A DNA stretch of 64,000 nucleotides from Antedon mediterranea (Eukaryota > Animalia > Echinodermata): the NCBI RefSeq assembly GCF_964355755.1, contig NC_092674.1:18290001-18354000 (forward strand), given 5' to 3'. The number at the start of each line of letters is the position of its first letter. The first letter of the stretch is position 1. The translations under genes were made by a program, and so were the position numbers. Shown one piece after another: positions 1-12,062 of this stretch. Under the pieces are notes generated by a model. It was not told the origin of the DNA. It saw only the letters and a program-made list of their open reading frames with translations, and did not search any database.

Positions 1-1989
1 ATATAGATGCATGTAGACAGTAATCTGTAAAATCTTGTTCAATAAATAATGACTTTGTTCTTGCTGTCAACATAGGTCAGATTTATAAAAAACAAAAACA
101 TTATTGGTATTTACAATGAGTTCCATTTGACTGTCAATCTAGACCGATATTATATTAGTTTGTCCGCTAACTCTCCAACTCTGGATTTTTGTTTTTATTT
201 TTCATGGCCTGACTAGACTAGAATTGAAGCAATTAATGGACTCTCTAAATGATAAACATATATTTAGACCTACTATTAAATATTTTTATAAAGTGCCAAA
301 TTCAAAATTGCTTCGTTCAATAAAAAAAAAGTAATTTGGTTGGTTATCAAGCCTTACTGTAAAGGAGGTGTTACTCTGATACAGTACCATACTGGATACA
401 CTATGAGGTAATGAAGTAAATTCCTGCTTGATGAAAGCCAGCAGGCAGGTGAATCCCCTTTTAGGCGACTTGTTGCACGGCTACCATGAAGGAGCAGGGA
501 ATCATTACTCTCTACTTGGGAAGAGTTTAAATCGACTTGAACTAGAGCAGGGGGATGATCATACTGTAGCTTATCTTGGTCATATAAAATGTAAAGATTT
601 ATGGAGGTTTTGATTTGTAGGTCGCCAAACATTACAAAATTGTTAGTCGCCTGTTAATATCTAACCCTGTCTAACGTCATCACAAAGTTTCCTGCACATC
701 TACAGTTTAAGGTCAATCTTCTGACAAAGGTATACGATGTTATGTCCACAAAAATTAGATACACATGCAATTGAATTTAAACCAATTCAAAACCGCATTA
801 AAAAAGCACTGGTCTAACCACCCGTTAAAATACAGCCCATATAAGAAGAATATGTTCTGGTCACGAGGGGCACAGAAGCAATAATGCTTTAAGTCTCAAA
901 ATCCAGGTAGATAGGTACAGTAGATAGTTTTACAGCGTTATCCCTATGTTTAGTGTCCTGCCTTTTTCAAACAAGGAAGGAGGAGGCCTTCCACCTCCCC
1001 CCACCCCCAAATATGTTTGTCATGCAATTTTCCCAAGAGACAGATTTGCTTCCGAGATGTACACGATGGATCATCTGTAGTGACTTTTTTTTTGCATAAA
1101 AACGAAAAATTTAATTTGCTAAAGAATTTACAATTTTGCAAAAAAAAATCGTTGACCTTTTGTAAATTTGACCCTAGCGTGGGTAGAGTAGGTACAGTAA
1201 TTAGGCCAAATAAAAAAACATACTTGTTAAGCGTCACCGCCCGCTCCTGATTATCCAGCCGCCTCTCTTCTTTTTTTTTCTCCAAATACGACAAAAAGTA
1301 AGACGGCTCGGCCCAGCCCCAGAGCAGGACTCGAAATTCACGCTAGCAAACTAGCATTTTGCTAGTAGTAGATTCTTCATAATTGCTAGTTGAAAATTTC
1401 AAAACTAGCAAATGCTAGTGTAATTTGTGTAAAAATACGTACTTTTTAGCTTAGCCAAGCTAGCCGCCGATCGCTATGTCGACAACGGCTAATAGGAACC
1501 AATTTGGTGAAAACAATTGTTTCATTTACACGCCGCCGATTTACGTCAAGGAAACGCAAATAGCACCGTAAATCATGTAATGTGGTAGCTTTTTCCCAAC
1601 ACATTAAATCATGTGCATTTAGTACGTCGCTGAGGATTACATCGTCAGTCACGTGATTACAGAATACACTATCTTTTATTTTATTCCATTCAGTAAAGAC
1701 AATACAAACATAACACGTGAAAGTGGAGCACTGAGGAGAGACAAAAGCTGTCAAAGACTACTACCAAAGGGTGTGCCTCTCCAACTCTAACATTCATACA
1801 GATGCACTAAAAACTAATTATTGTATTATATAAAATTGCAGTATAAAAATATTTAAAAAAAAATTATACAATAAATATGAATACAGGATTAATATTATAA
1901 TATACAGCATTTAAAATTACCCACTAATTAATCAAATCACTTTAGATTAAGTTACTACAATCATGAATTTGATTAAGGTGATTACTAAG

Positions 1990-2430
1990 CTTTCTCTTAA
2001 AATAGGACCAAGAGTTCAGACAAATGTATCTTTGACATCCAAAGGCAAGGAATTCCAGATCCTCACAAATCTGGCAGGAATGCTCAATTTTCCCGAATCC
2101 GTACTTGTTCTTAAAGAAATAAAGAACATCTTTTCAACATGGCGAGAGCTCTCTTGGATATTGTCAAGTATAATTGAACTATTGGAACACATGTAAAATA
2201 ATAAACGACAAACATATAAAATAGTAAAATAATCCCGCTTAGCAGCAGTAGTACACATTTTAAGGACGATGAGCCTGTTCTTATCCGAGTCTTCTTGCCT
2301 TTTCTGATTTAAAATGAAATGGGTGGCACGACGTTGGATTAATTCAATTTGTTTTATATTTTCTTTACGGTATGGATGCCAGATGTTACAGCAATATTGA
2401 ATATGTGGCAAAATAAGAGATGAATACAAT
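1990..2430 (-). pseudogene. Decayed non-LTR retrotransposon (CR1/L2-type) ORF2 C-terminal fragment
   Basis: ORF 2016..2429 reads YSSLILPHIQYCCNIWHPY...IELIQRRAT...RFVRIWNSLP, the conserved post-RT region of CR1/L2 ORF2. Confidence 0.75.
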
Positions 2431-4251
2431 TTAGTTTAGGGATTTAACAAAATAAATATTTTGCCTACACAGTGGTTTAAGCGCGTTTTTAATAGGTTTG
2501 TAAATATCCCATACTTAATGGACTCTACCAATTTTGTTTACGATGATCTCGCGCTCGAGAAGAACATCTCCTCGGCACACCACGAGGTCCTGTTGGGCGA
2601 TGGGTTTTCTTATGCCTACGGTTTACCTGTACACACTTTTCGCATCACAACTAACTTTAATTACTTTTAATTACTAATTTATTTACAGCAATGGGCAAAG
2701 GATTTATCAAGGAAGAATACATAGAATAAAAATTCACTTAAGAAATGCCGTAAGCTGTTTTCAAACTATTAATCAGCCCACTATTTAGTATTATATTGAG
2801 ACCAACATCATGCTTCTCGCGATAGGTAATTTCCTGGATAGATGAGTCGAGCGAGAGACGGCGGACCATGGCCGATAAGTGAGGCGGTGGTAGCTTGGAC
2901 GGATTAGTTAGGCCCTACAATTTCACTCGGTGGCAATTAAATCTAATGTTTTAATTACGTCTGAATATAAACAACTAGCAATTATACCGGCCCCAGGGCG
3001 GGTTTCAAAATTAGTTTTGAGAAGCCTTCTCAGTACACAACACCCGACGCCAGTATCTCCCTATACTCACCAACCTTCATCCCTCTTCAAGAACACCCCA
3101 CACTCTTTTTTAAAAACAAAATTCTTCCCAGTGAAGGACAACTTTAGCTTCAAATTGAGAGGAGTATAATAATGGTTTAAGTACGTTGTAAACTATGTAA
3201 ATGAATAGGTGTCATATTGGCTAATAATTAAAATATCTAATGTACTGTAGATACTGCGGTCCCCCAGCCTTCTTTCTCCTCTCACCATCCCAGCCACAAT
3301 CAACAAACCTTAATTCCTCCCCTGGACAGTTCAAATATAGTAACTTTTCCAAGTACAAATTCCAATCACATACTTCATTACGCCAGTATTTCCGCTCCCC
3401 CTCCTCCCTCCCAACACACCCCAGATACTTAGTGATGTGTTTACGACGGTTCCAGTACAAATAATGTTAGCCATCACTCCAACCCATAATCCCTCAGTGG
3501 CAGTTTTCAAATGTAGTTTAAAACATTCCCAGTACAGTTTCAGTCATGGTGAATACTGTAGGCCTACATCCCCACCCCAAACTCCCAGCCCCTTGCCAGT
3601 GATAATTAAAATACTTTTAACAATTTCCTACCACAATTCTGGTCAATTTGATTGCCTACTACTACCCCTAGCCTATGTAAAATCCCCATTATCCCCTGAA
3701 CTCCAACTCTCACACACCCTATCTCCCTATCTCCCAATCCCCCTCTCCCACCAAATCCCCGGACTTTTTGAAATGCAGTTTAAAACCTTCCCGGTACAAT
3801 TGCGATCATTTTGATACAACATATGTATGGTTACATGCAGAAACAGAAATTTGTATAATGAAACATCGAAAGTGGGGAAAAGTGGGCCATTTTGACCACA
3901 TTTTGGCCCCTAACTTGGATCCCAGATGGCGGATGATGTTCAAATATAGCTTAGAACATTCCCGGTACAATTGCGGTCATTTTGATACCCATATGTAAGA
4001 TTACGTGCAGTAACAAAATTTGTATAACGAACAAACAAACAGACAGACCTGACGTACAGTACAAACTCTCTCACTTATAATATAGATATAAAACTCAGTT
4101 TTGTCATCGGCAATAATATTTTAAACATAGTCAATTTTGTTCTGGTTCAAATTTTAAAAGTTTGACGCTCCGTCAAAAAAAAAAAAGTGGGGACGAAACA
4201 TCCATCGCGCAAAAATATACCTCCATAAAAAGTAAAAAAAAAAACCAAAAA

Positions 4252-4799
4252 ATTATGTCATCGTAAGCCAATCAAATTTCCGCTTTCGACCGCTCCGCAG
4301 TTCTCACGGTTTAAACGATTTTGGATTCTCGCCCTTTGATTGGTTGACGCGAATCAACACACAGTGGAGGAATTTTCTCACGAGTGCCGTGAAGTCACGT
4401 GGGCTCAGGCCTGTCCAATTACACGGGAAAATAATGCATTGAAATTCTTCGAATGAGGTTAAATAAACACTCTTTTTTATATAATAAACAAGTAATATCA
4501 TATTTTATTGAATTTTACAATTTAAATATATACATAATACATTAAAACCGTGATTTTTATATAATCATTTTTACGAAAAATGACTAGTTCATACAATTGT
4601 CGACTGAGGGCGCAATTTGTTTACATCGTTCATGGCTAAAAATTATCATTTTCGGCGATGTTTTAAACCCTATATTTCTAAAACTACAAGTCATATTTTC
4701 ATAATTCTTTCTTTATTACAATATTGATACAAAATATTAACAGGCAATGTATAATTTGTTTGAAAAATATTAACTTTTAATTTTACATCGTTATCCCTA
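4252..4799. repeat. Dispersed repeat copy 1 (non-autonomous DNA-transposon-like, ends CATCGTTATCCCTA)
   Basis: About 550 bp similar in the same orientation to 5987-6519. The same terminus also occurs near 929-946 and 5170-5185. Confidence 0.65.
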
Positions 4800-5986
4800 T
4801 TAGTATTAGAAGTATGGATACGGTACTGTATCTTTGAATCCTGGACGATTTGGCCCTGAGACGATTCGGCCCACTTTTGGTGGGATGATTAGGCCCACTT
4901 TAGACCAAATTCATATTCATTTTGTTGGTATTTATCAAGTTTTTAAAAGGTGTTTAACGTATTTTATTGATATTGACAATGTTGATATATAATATATAAA
5001 ATAAATTACTAAAAAAACAAAATTTTATATTCAATTTATTTACTTCGGAAACTTTGTTTTTTTTTGTGCATTCGCCAAGCGGCCAACAGAGGGCGTAACT
5101 TGTTTACATCATTCGTGTGACTAAAAAATGATCATTTTCGACAATATTTTCATATTGTTTGCTTTTTATTGCATCTTTATCCCTACTAGCCTAGTAGTAC
5201 TAGGCCTACCCCATATACAGTAGTAGGGTTACCGAGAGTTGACTCCATTGTTATTGCCACGATTCAACTCCGCGTACGTTACCATGCGCGCTATGTCATT
5301 GACGCGATTATTTGTCCATTGGTAAACACATTTTTATGTAATATTATTCTGAAAATAATTGAACTGTAAACATAATTCTTTTGAGTATTTATTTATTTAC
5401 ATATCATTACATAAGATCAACTATTTTTTATCGTCATTACATTCAACCAAACATGCAAAAAATGTGGTTAAAATATCGTACTGTCTAGCGCGTACGACCA
5501 TACGCGGTAGATTGTTTACTCAAAAACCTTCGAACGGTCCAGTGACCTAACCCTATTCAACCTTGTTTTTGTAGTTGAGCCTCTCATGACCTGGGATTTG
5601 TTTGTCTTCCTACGCCAAGATAATATAGTTCTTGGGGACCCCTTTGGAAACAAGCCTCTGGGCTTAAAGGGCCATCCCCTGCTTTCCATGCTTATTTTCT
5701 TGTCTAGTCTTGTATTTTTATATTTAATGTTTCTCTTTTTATTTCATTTACATTATACTGTTTTATATATTTGTACTGTATTTGGAAAGCAATAAATATT
5801 ACTTACTTACTTTACTTACATGCCATGTGCTTTTTTCTCTGAGAAATATTTATTATAAGTGCCAAAAAAACGTTTTTTTCTCTAAAAAATCACACATACC
5901 ATAAAGCAGGTCCATTTATTTCATTTTTTAAATAAAATTGTGAAAATTATGTGAGGCTCAACTACAAAACCACCATTTTGTGATAT

Positions 5987-6519
5987 GATGTCATCGTAGG
6001 CCAATCAAAGCTGAGATTTCCCGCGATCGGCAGTGCTCACGGTTGAATGATTTTGGATCCTGGCTATTTGATTGGTGGACGCGAATCACCCACAGCGGAA
6101 TGTTTTCTCTCGCGTGTACTGCGAAGTCACATGGTCTGTCTGTACTGATGTTACTACACAAATTTAGAGCAATGAATTTGTACGAATTCCGTTAAATAAA
6201 CAACTTTATATATTTTGTAAACATTTAATAACATATTTTATTGATATTTCCAATGTTGATATATAAAATAAATTACTATAAAACGTAATTATTTTAGCGA
6301 AAAACGGTATGGTTCATACAATTGTCGACTGAGGGCGCAATTTGTTTACAACGTTCGTGGCCAAAAACGATCATTTTCGGAGATGTTTTAGACCTTATAT
6401 TTCGAAAACTACAGATTTTCCTAATTCTTTCTTTATTGGAATATTGAAACAAAATACTAATATATAATGTTTAAATTGGTTGAAAAATAACTACTTTTAA
6501 TTTTGCATCGTTATCCCTA
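5987..6519. repeat. Dispersed repeat copy 2
   Basis: Shares ATGTCATCGTA(A/G)GCCAATCAAA...GTCGACTGAGGGCGCAATTTGTTTACA...CATCGTTATCCCTA with 4252-4799. Confidence 0.65.
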
Positions 6520-6909
6520 CATATAGTCTCTCTTAAAATAAAGTTTGGAGAAAAAAGCTTATTTTATGCTTATAAAATGTATTTTATGCTTATAAAATGC
6601 ATATCAAAACCAATATTAAATAAATAAATGTAAGTGTGCCGAATCGTCTCCGGGCCAAATCGTCCCGCTACGGTATCTTTAGCCACGGCATACATAATAA
6701 TCAATGGTTCATAATGCTATGATACGAGTGTGAGAAAAAAATTTAGGTGAGAAGAATAAGATATTAACGGTGTGGTGCGAAACAGCAGTAGCACCTAGCC
6801 TAACCTAGCCTAGTTATACTAGCTAGGCTAGGCTAGCCTATTATACTTCTATACCTCCTAGTAGGCCTAGCCTATATATAGCCTAGCTAGCTAGGCTAGC
6901 CCTACTCAC

Positions 6910-7247
6910 ATTTTTCTTTGTTTTTCCAATTCATTTTTTTTTTCTTCTTCTTCTCTTCTGCGTTTTTCTTCCTCGGCGTTTCTTTTACTTATGTCTCTTC
7001 CAAACATATCTAGCTCTGGGCTAGACCTTGTTGAGCGAGACCTACTGCGCCTACGTTTCCTGCTTTCATTGTTGTCTCTGGATCGCGACCGCCGTCTTCT
7101 TGATTTATCTCTTGATTTCGACTTCTCACGATCTCGGGATTTTGGTGACGACTTACCCTTAGTAGAACGAGATCCGGAGCGTGAACGACGACTTTTTTTT
7201 CCGTGTTTTCTTTTAGGAGAACTACTTCTACTTCTAGAACGAGGCAT
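6910..7247 (-). CDS. ARGLU1: Arginine- and glutamate-rich protein 1, first coding exon (later exons not found in the window)
   Basis: RS-rich N-terminus followed by SSPELDMFGRDISKRNAEEEKRRREEEEKKNELEKQRK, matching ARGLU1 (SSPPDRIDIFGRTVSKRSSLDEKQKREEEEKKAEFERQRK). Ends at a GTGAGT donor (6909-6904), phase 2. Confidence 0.88.
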
Positions 7248-7394
7248 TTTGTGTATGAAAGTTAATATTTACATTAGAATTTATGCACAAATCGTCAGGA
7301 ATACATTGCCTATCACTGCACCTAGGCCTAGAACAATCCGTTCAGATCAGAAACTCAAAAGAGAGAAAGCCTTCCTTTTTTACTATACAACAAA

Positions 7395-7450
7395 AACAAT
7401 GGCGACGAACATGTGACGTCATGAAAAAAATACCCAGAATGCATTCACCT
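7395..7450. promoter_or_regulatory. Probable ARGLU1 promoter elements
   Basis: Perfect CRE palindrome TGACGTCA (7414-7421), a ZNF143/Staf-like TACCCAGAATGCAT (7431-7444) and a YY1-like AATGGCG, all 150-200 bp upstream of the ATG. Confidence 0.4.
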
Positions 7451-8477
7451 AGCTGCGTTTCAGAGCCATATAGAGAGAGTTACGACATTGAAGATTAGAA
7501 GCCATTTTTGTGTCAAAGAATTCGCACGCTGAGGGCGCGCGCGTCTCTTTTGTATAGCGTTTTCCTGTAGTTCCATGCATTATTTTTAGATTTTGTTGTC
7601 AATGAAATAACGCTTAGATTCCGTTTTTATTTTAATAATTAATTTTATTAATGGTATTAATTTGGTAACATATATATATTGTGTCTATAATAACAAAAGA
7701 ATAAATGCCAGGGTCTACATGCAAGTCAGGATACATCAAAGCAGAACCCATACAAAAAACACACAAATTCACTATAAAACCATGGAGTATGATAAAACTT
7801 TTCTATTAAGATTTTCTATAAAGCAATTTCTATAGAACTCTATAGAGATATATAGAAGGCTATAACTTCTATAAAACATTTCTATAGATTGACTTAGAAT
7901 TAAAACTTCTATAGAGTTCTATAGAACATGTTTGTTATGGTATTATAATAAAAGTGGGTAACGTAGGCCTCCCCACAGATATTTTTCCTTGATATACCTT
8001 ACCAATAATTAACTCATCGGCTTATAATTATTATTATCAATAATATTATCACAAGACTATATAATTATGGCATATAAATTATGGTATTTATCATGTTTCC
8101 ACTTATAGACAGTTCCCACTGCTGAGGCCCGTAGCCAGAATTCATCAGAGGGGGGTTTTCTTGACACCAAGTATTTTGCGAGCGCAGCGAGCAACTGTAG
8201 GCCGGGGGCCAGGGGGCCGCCAAGGGCCCCCGGTCGGGGTCCAGGGGGCGAAGGCCCCTGGAAGCTTTGGCTCTCAGAGCAATTTCGGTTGTTTTAATAA
8301 GCTTACAGAGACATTTTTTACCTACTAAAATCTGAGTTATGCAGAGAAATTATATAGTACAGTATTATGGAAGTTAGTAGTACTGATCATGAAATACAGC
8401 TTTATTGTTGCAAAAAAGTATATTATATTAGGCCCTTAAATAATTTCTTATCCTATAAACATAAAAAACAAATAGTA

Positions 8478-9582
8478 CCGTATATTTCGGTGTACAAGTC
8501 GCACCTGTTGTGTATAAGACGCACCCATAACGGAGACTGAAATATTAGTATTTTTTATGTAGTCGATGCATAAGGGTTAAGACGCACTTATTTCTAGGCC
8601 GAAATTTTAACATTTTACAATCAAAACAATGGTATTTTAATAATAAAACAACGATATTTGAGACATATTTATTAGAATCAAATGATATAATTTTGTTTGA
8701 TTGCCTTTATTACATCGTAATCAGTCTCTACTTCAACTGAACATTCAATGAAAAGGGAAATCCCCATATTGTTTCAGTTACGATGCACTGTGTGGGTAGG
8801 GCTAGCCTATGTCTATTTAAGTAACTTTATTTTCATATTATTTAAATATATACCTTCTTATTGTGTGTATGACCATTATAAAATCAATCCAAATGATGTC
8901 AGTTTTTTGGGCTGATAATGAACCAGGAATATCATGTTGGGTAGGCCTATATGAAAATCTTTCCTATTTCCATGCATGCATTACAGCAATATGAGGAGAG
9001 GAGAGCACTAACCATGTGCTCCTTGCCTGGTGGCCAGCACTGTTGGCCATATACACTATGAGATTAGGGGAAGCTACTTAACACAATAACAACACACTCT
9101 TTTAGATATCGCTTGATATACGAACTATTGCCTACATGATTATAAAATTATGTGATTGTTGACATAAAGATGTACGGTAATAAAAATAAACCACCGTGAT
9201 CAAGGGAAATAGTTATTGTGTAATTAAAACACCACCGTAATTAATGGACTCTTCCATAAATGTGTTGCGCTGTGATGCTACATGCTGCAAGAATACACAC
9301 CCCCGAGTTAGAGAGTATTACTAGGCCTGGGTAGAATATCTAATGCGTACTGTAATATTAATTAATACAGTCGAGGATGACAATTTACCTTAACTAAAAA
9401 TTCAATAAACTTGTTACCACACTGTGGTTAGACAGGAGTGAGTAACTAGCTAGGCCTACATTGCAGAGTAGTACACTATTTTTAATTAATTTAAGTATTA
9501 GTAGGTAATTAAATTAATTAGGGTAACATTTAGAGGTCAAATTTGCGTGTCAAAAGTGCGTCTTATACACCGAAATATACGG
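8478..9582. mobile_element. Tc1/mariner-pogo-type MITE
   Basis: TIRs CCGTATATTTCGGTGTACAAGTCGCAC / GTGCGTCTTATACACCGAAATATACGG, flanked by TA on both sides. Confidence 0.8.
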
Positions 9583-9592
9583 TAGGCCTATG

Positions 9593-9907
9593 AGTAGTAT
9601 ATGAGGGAAACCAGGCCAAAATATAATTTTATACCCCCAGGGCAGAAGTATTCCAGACCCGAATAGAAGGTCATACCCCCAGGGAATATTTCATATTTCT
9701 ATTGTTTAATTTCCAGGTATTGTAATAATAATTAGTGAAAGGTCACTCTTTGTACCAGACCCGAATGGAATGTCATATCCCTAGGGTGTATATTATATTT
9801 TCTATTGTTTAATTTCCTGTTATTGTAATATTAACTAGCGAAAGGTCATTCTTTGTTAGAGAAGGGGGTTTGTTATTTTGGCGGGGTTTTCGTTTTGGCC
9901 TGGGTTA
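9593..9907 (+). repeat. Polinton left terminal inverted repeat
   Basis: 9674-9907 is the near-identical reverse complement of 25020-25253. The terminal 11 bp are identical. Confidence 0.9.
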
Positions 9908-10160
9908 AAATATATTAGTGAAGGTAGTTCTTTGTTTGAGGATTGCTATTGTTATTTTTAGGCGGTTTGACCATTGCATAGGTCACCTTTGTTTAGTATT
10001 TCCTAATTTCTTTTGTTCATTGTTCTTTTTGTTTGGTACAATAGTTTTGTTTTTTATATTTTAGAGCCGTTTCTTTTTAGACATTGTAAGAAGAGGGACT
10101 GATTTTTGTGACCTTTCCAGTTGTTTCGTCTATTTTATCGTAGAGTTACAGTATTTCGCT

Positions 10161-10712
10161 ATGTCTGGAAGTATAGATTTTTCGTTAGGTAGCTGTGTAG
10201 ATACAGTTATAATTATTAGCGATGATGAGGAGACTGTTGTTACAGGTAACGATATCGGTGATCGGTACATGCGGACCAATGAGGGTGTACCCGCCGGTGT
10301 TGATGAAGGAGATGAGAGGGGTAGCCGGGCTACAAGTTGTATATTTACGTACGTAGATGAGGTGGAGAGAGAATTTTTATTGAAATTGGAATATTTAACC
10401 AGAGAAGTGTTTGTTTCTCAAATGTTAAACATGTGTTGGATGTTAAGTAAAGCGGCTTGTTATGGTTGCGAATTTGATAGGCCTGGTCAAAAAGATCATG
10501 ACTTCTGTTTAATGAAATCTCCAGAAGAACAGATTGATTATTTTTATCGGGAGGTTCTGGATAAAGAGTATGTTACAGACGATACTGTGTACAGCGAGCT
10601 GAATAAGTACGAGGAATATTCATTACCACGGTATAGACATTTTGTTTACTTTCTCGTAAATACCTTGACTAATTCAGAGAACCTGTATAAGTTATTGTGT
10701 GAGGATATCTAA
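10161..10712 (+). CDS. Polinton accessory protein with SIM-like motif, CxxC...HxxC cluster and C-terminal LxCxD (possible oncoprotein-like regulator)
   Basis: Clean 183-aa ORF just inside the TIR, with motifs VIIISDDEE, CYGC-x9-HDFC and LLCED. Function is inferred. Confidence 0.6.
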   Translation: MSGSIDFSLGSCVDTVIIISDDEETVVTGNDIGDRYMRTNEGVPAGVDEGDERGSRATSCIFTYVDEVEREFLLKLEYLTREVFVSQMLNMCWMLSKAACYGCEFDRPGQKDHDFCLMKSPEEQIDYFYREVLDKEYVTDDTVYSELNKYEEYSLPRYRHFVYFLVNTLTNSENLYKLLCEDI

Positions 10713-10963
10713 AACGTGTTTCGCACGTGCCACGGAAAAACGATTGACCGGAAAACAAACAGTTAACAATGCTTTAAGCCGCACGTGTTGTAGGGAGACA
10801 ATTGATAGGAAAAACAATTAACAACGCTTTAGGCTAATTACTTTTAAAAAGGTACTTCCGTACTCAACTGTATACGGAGCTGATTCAAACGAAATCATTC
10901 AGAACTATCAACCATCATTCGTTTTACTCTCTCTGTACATCACTCTACATACAATCGCTCAAC

Positions 10964-11779
10964 ATGAGTTTCAAAAACGTACCTGCTCCAAAATTAGCAA
11001 TTGGTGAGAAGGCTCGTAGGACTATGAAAAGAGTTATGGGAAGTTCTAAATCTGACGAGTTAAGCAGTTTTAAAGTACCAACGATGACTTCTAACTCCTC
11101 GAAATTATTGGATCCTAGAAAATTTTTCAACGGTCAATCTAACGATTTGAGTAAAGCAACGAAGCCGTCAACAAGTAAAAAAACATTTCACTCTGCCTCA
11201 GGAATGAGCGCCAAGGATTATGCCGAAATGACCGGTGCTGAACCAAAGATTACAATAACCTCAACAAACAGGATTTTTCTGTCTGAAAAACGCCATGTAG
11301 TGGCCCAGCGCTGGGGTGAAGTTGTTTATGTTTGCCTCAGAGAATTTTATCAAACGGAAGAAAATGGTGCCTTCAAACCTGGGCCTGTAGGTATTAATTT
11401 ACCCGTTCTGTTGTGGCAAAAACTTTTTACCAATATTGATTTAATTCTTCAAGCCCTAGACGATTTGCAAAGAGACATTAACTTGGTGGAGGCAGTAAGA
11501 ATCCCTCTTTCGGACACACCTATAATACATGTGATAGTTAGTAACTGGAAAGAAGAGCAGTTTGTATGTATTCGCCGTTGTTACCAGGCCGAAGAAGGAG
11601 GCGAGTTTAAGCCCGGCAAAAAAGGTATAAACCTTCCAAAGAAACAATGGTACAAGTTGATCGAACAACACGGCGAAATACAAAAGATGATTGAAGAGGT
11701 TGATAATGCAGTTACCGTCGACGGTGGTGTTGACGAAAACGATAACGGAGGACGCAGGCCTACATCAATGTTGAATTAA
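10964..11779 (+). CDS. Tandem PC4/Sub1-like ssDNA-binding domain protein
   Basis: Two repeats, VYVCLREFYQTEENGAFKPGPVGINL..LLWQKL and QFVCIRRCYQAEEGGEFKPGKKGINL..KQWYKL, match the PC4 signature (IDIREYW..EGEMKPGRKGISL..EQWSQL). The N-terminus is S/K-rich. Confidence 0.82.
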   Translation: MSFKNVPAPKLAIGEKARRTMKRVMGSSKSDELSSFKVPTMTSNSSKLLDPRKFFNGQSNDLSKATKPSTSKKTFHSASGMSAKDYAEMTGAEPKITITSTNRIFLSEKRHVVAQRWGEVVYVCLREFYQTEENGAFKPGPVGINLPVLLWQKLFTNIDLILQALDDLQRDINLVEAVRIPLSDTPIIHVIVSNWKEEQFVCIRRCYQAEEGGEFKPGKKGINLPKKQWYKLIEQHGEIQKMIEEVDNAVTVDGGVDENDNGGRRPTSMLN

Positions 11780-12062
11780 CTTTCTTAACAATGAACTATA
11801 AATCAAATTATTTGTTTACCGACGTCATTTACAATTTATTTGTATTCTTTTATTTTCACGATTATTCTAATTACTTGCAATTATTTTTAAAAGTATTAGT
11901 AAACCAAATGTATGTAAACTATATTTCCAATTGTACTATATTTGATTCGTGCGGTGTGTTAATAAAAAATATTGTTTGATAATTTACAAAAAAATGTTGT
12001 TGTTCTTTTTTTAAAAGTAATGTTTTATGTGTGAGTGTTTCATTTCAACGAGTGAGAGAGTT

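Noticed and set aside
3437-4090. ORFs and a repeat ending in (ACAG)n...CTTATAATATAGAT, possibly Helitron-derived
   Set aside because: The ORFs lack motifs; the repeat is real, but its class and boundaries could not be supported.
6991-7416. 141-aa plus-strand ORF
   Set aside because: Antisense shadow of the RS-rich ARGLU1 exon.
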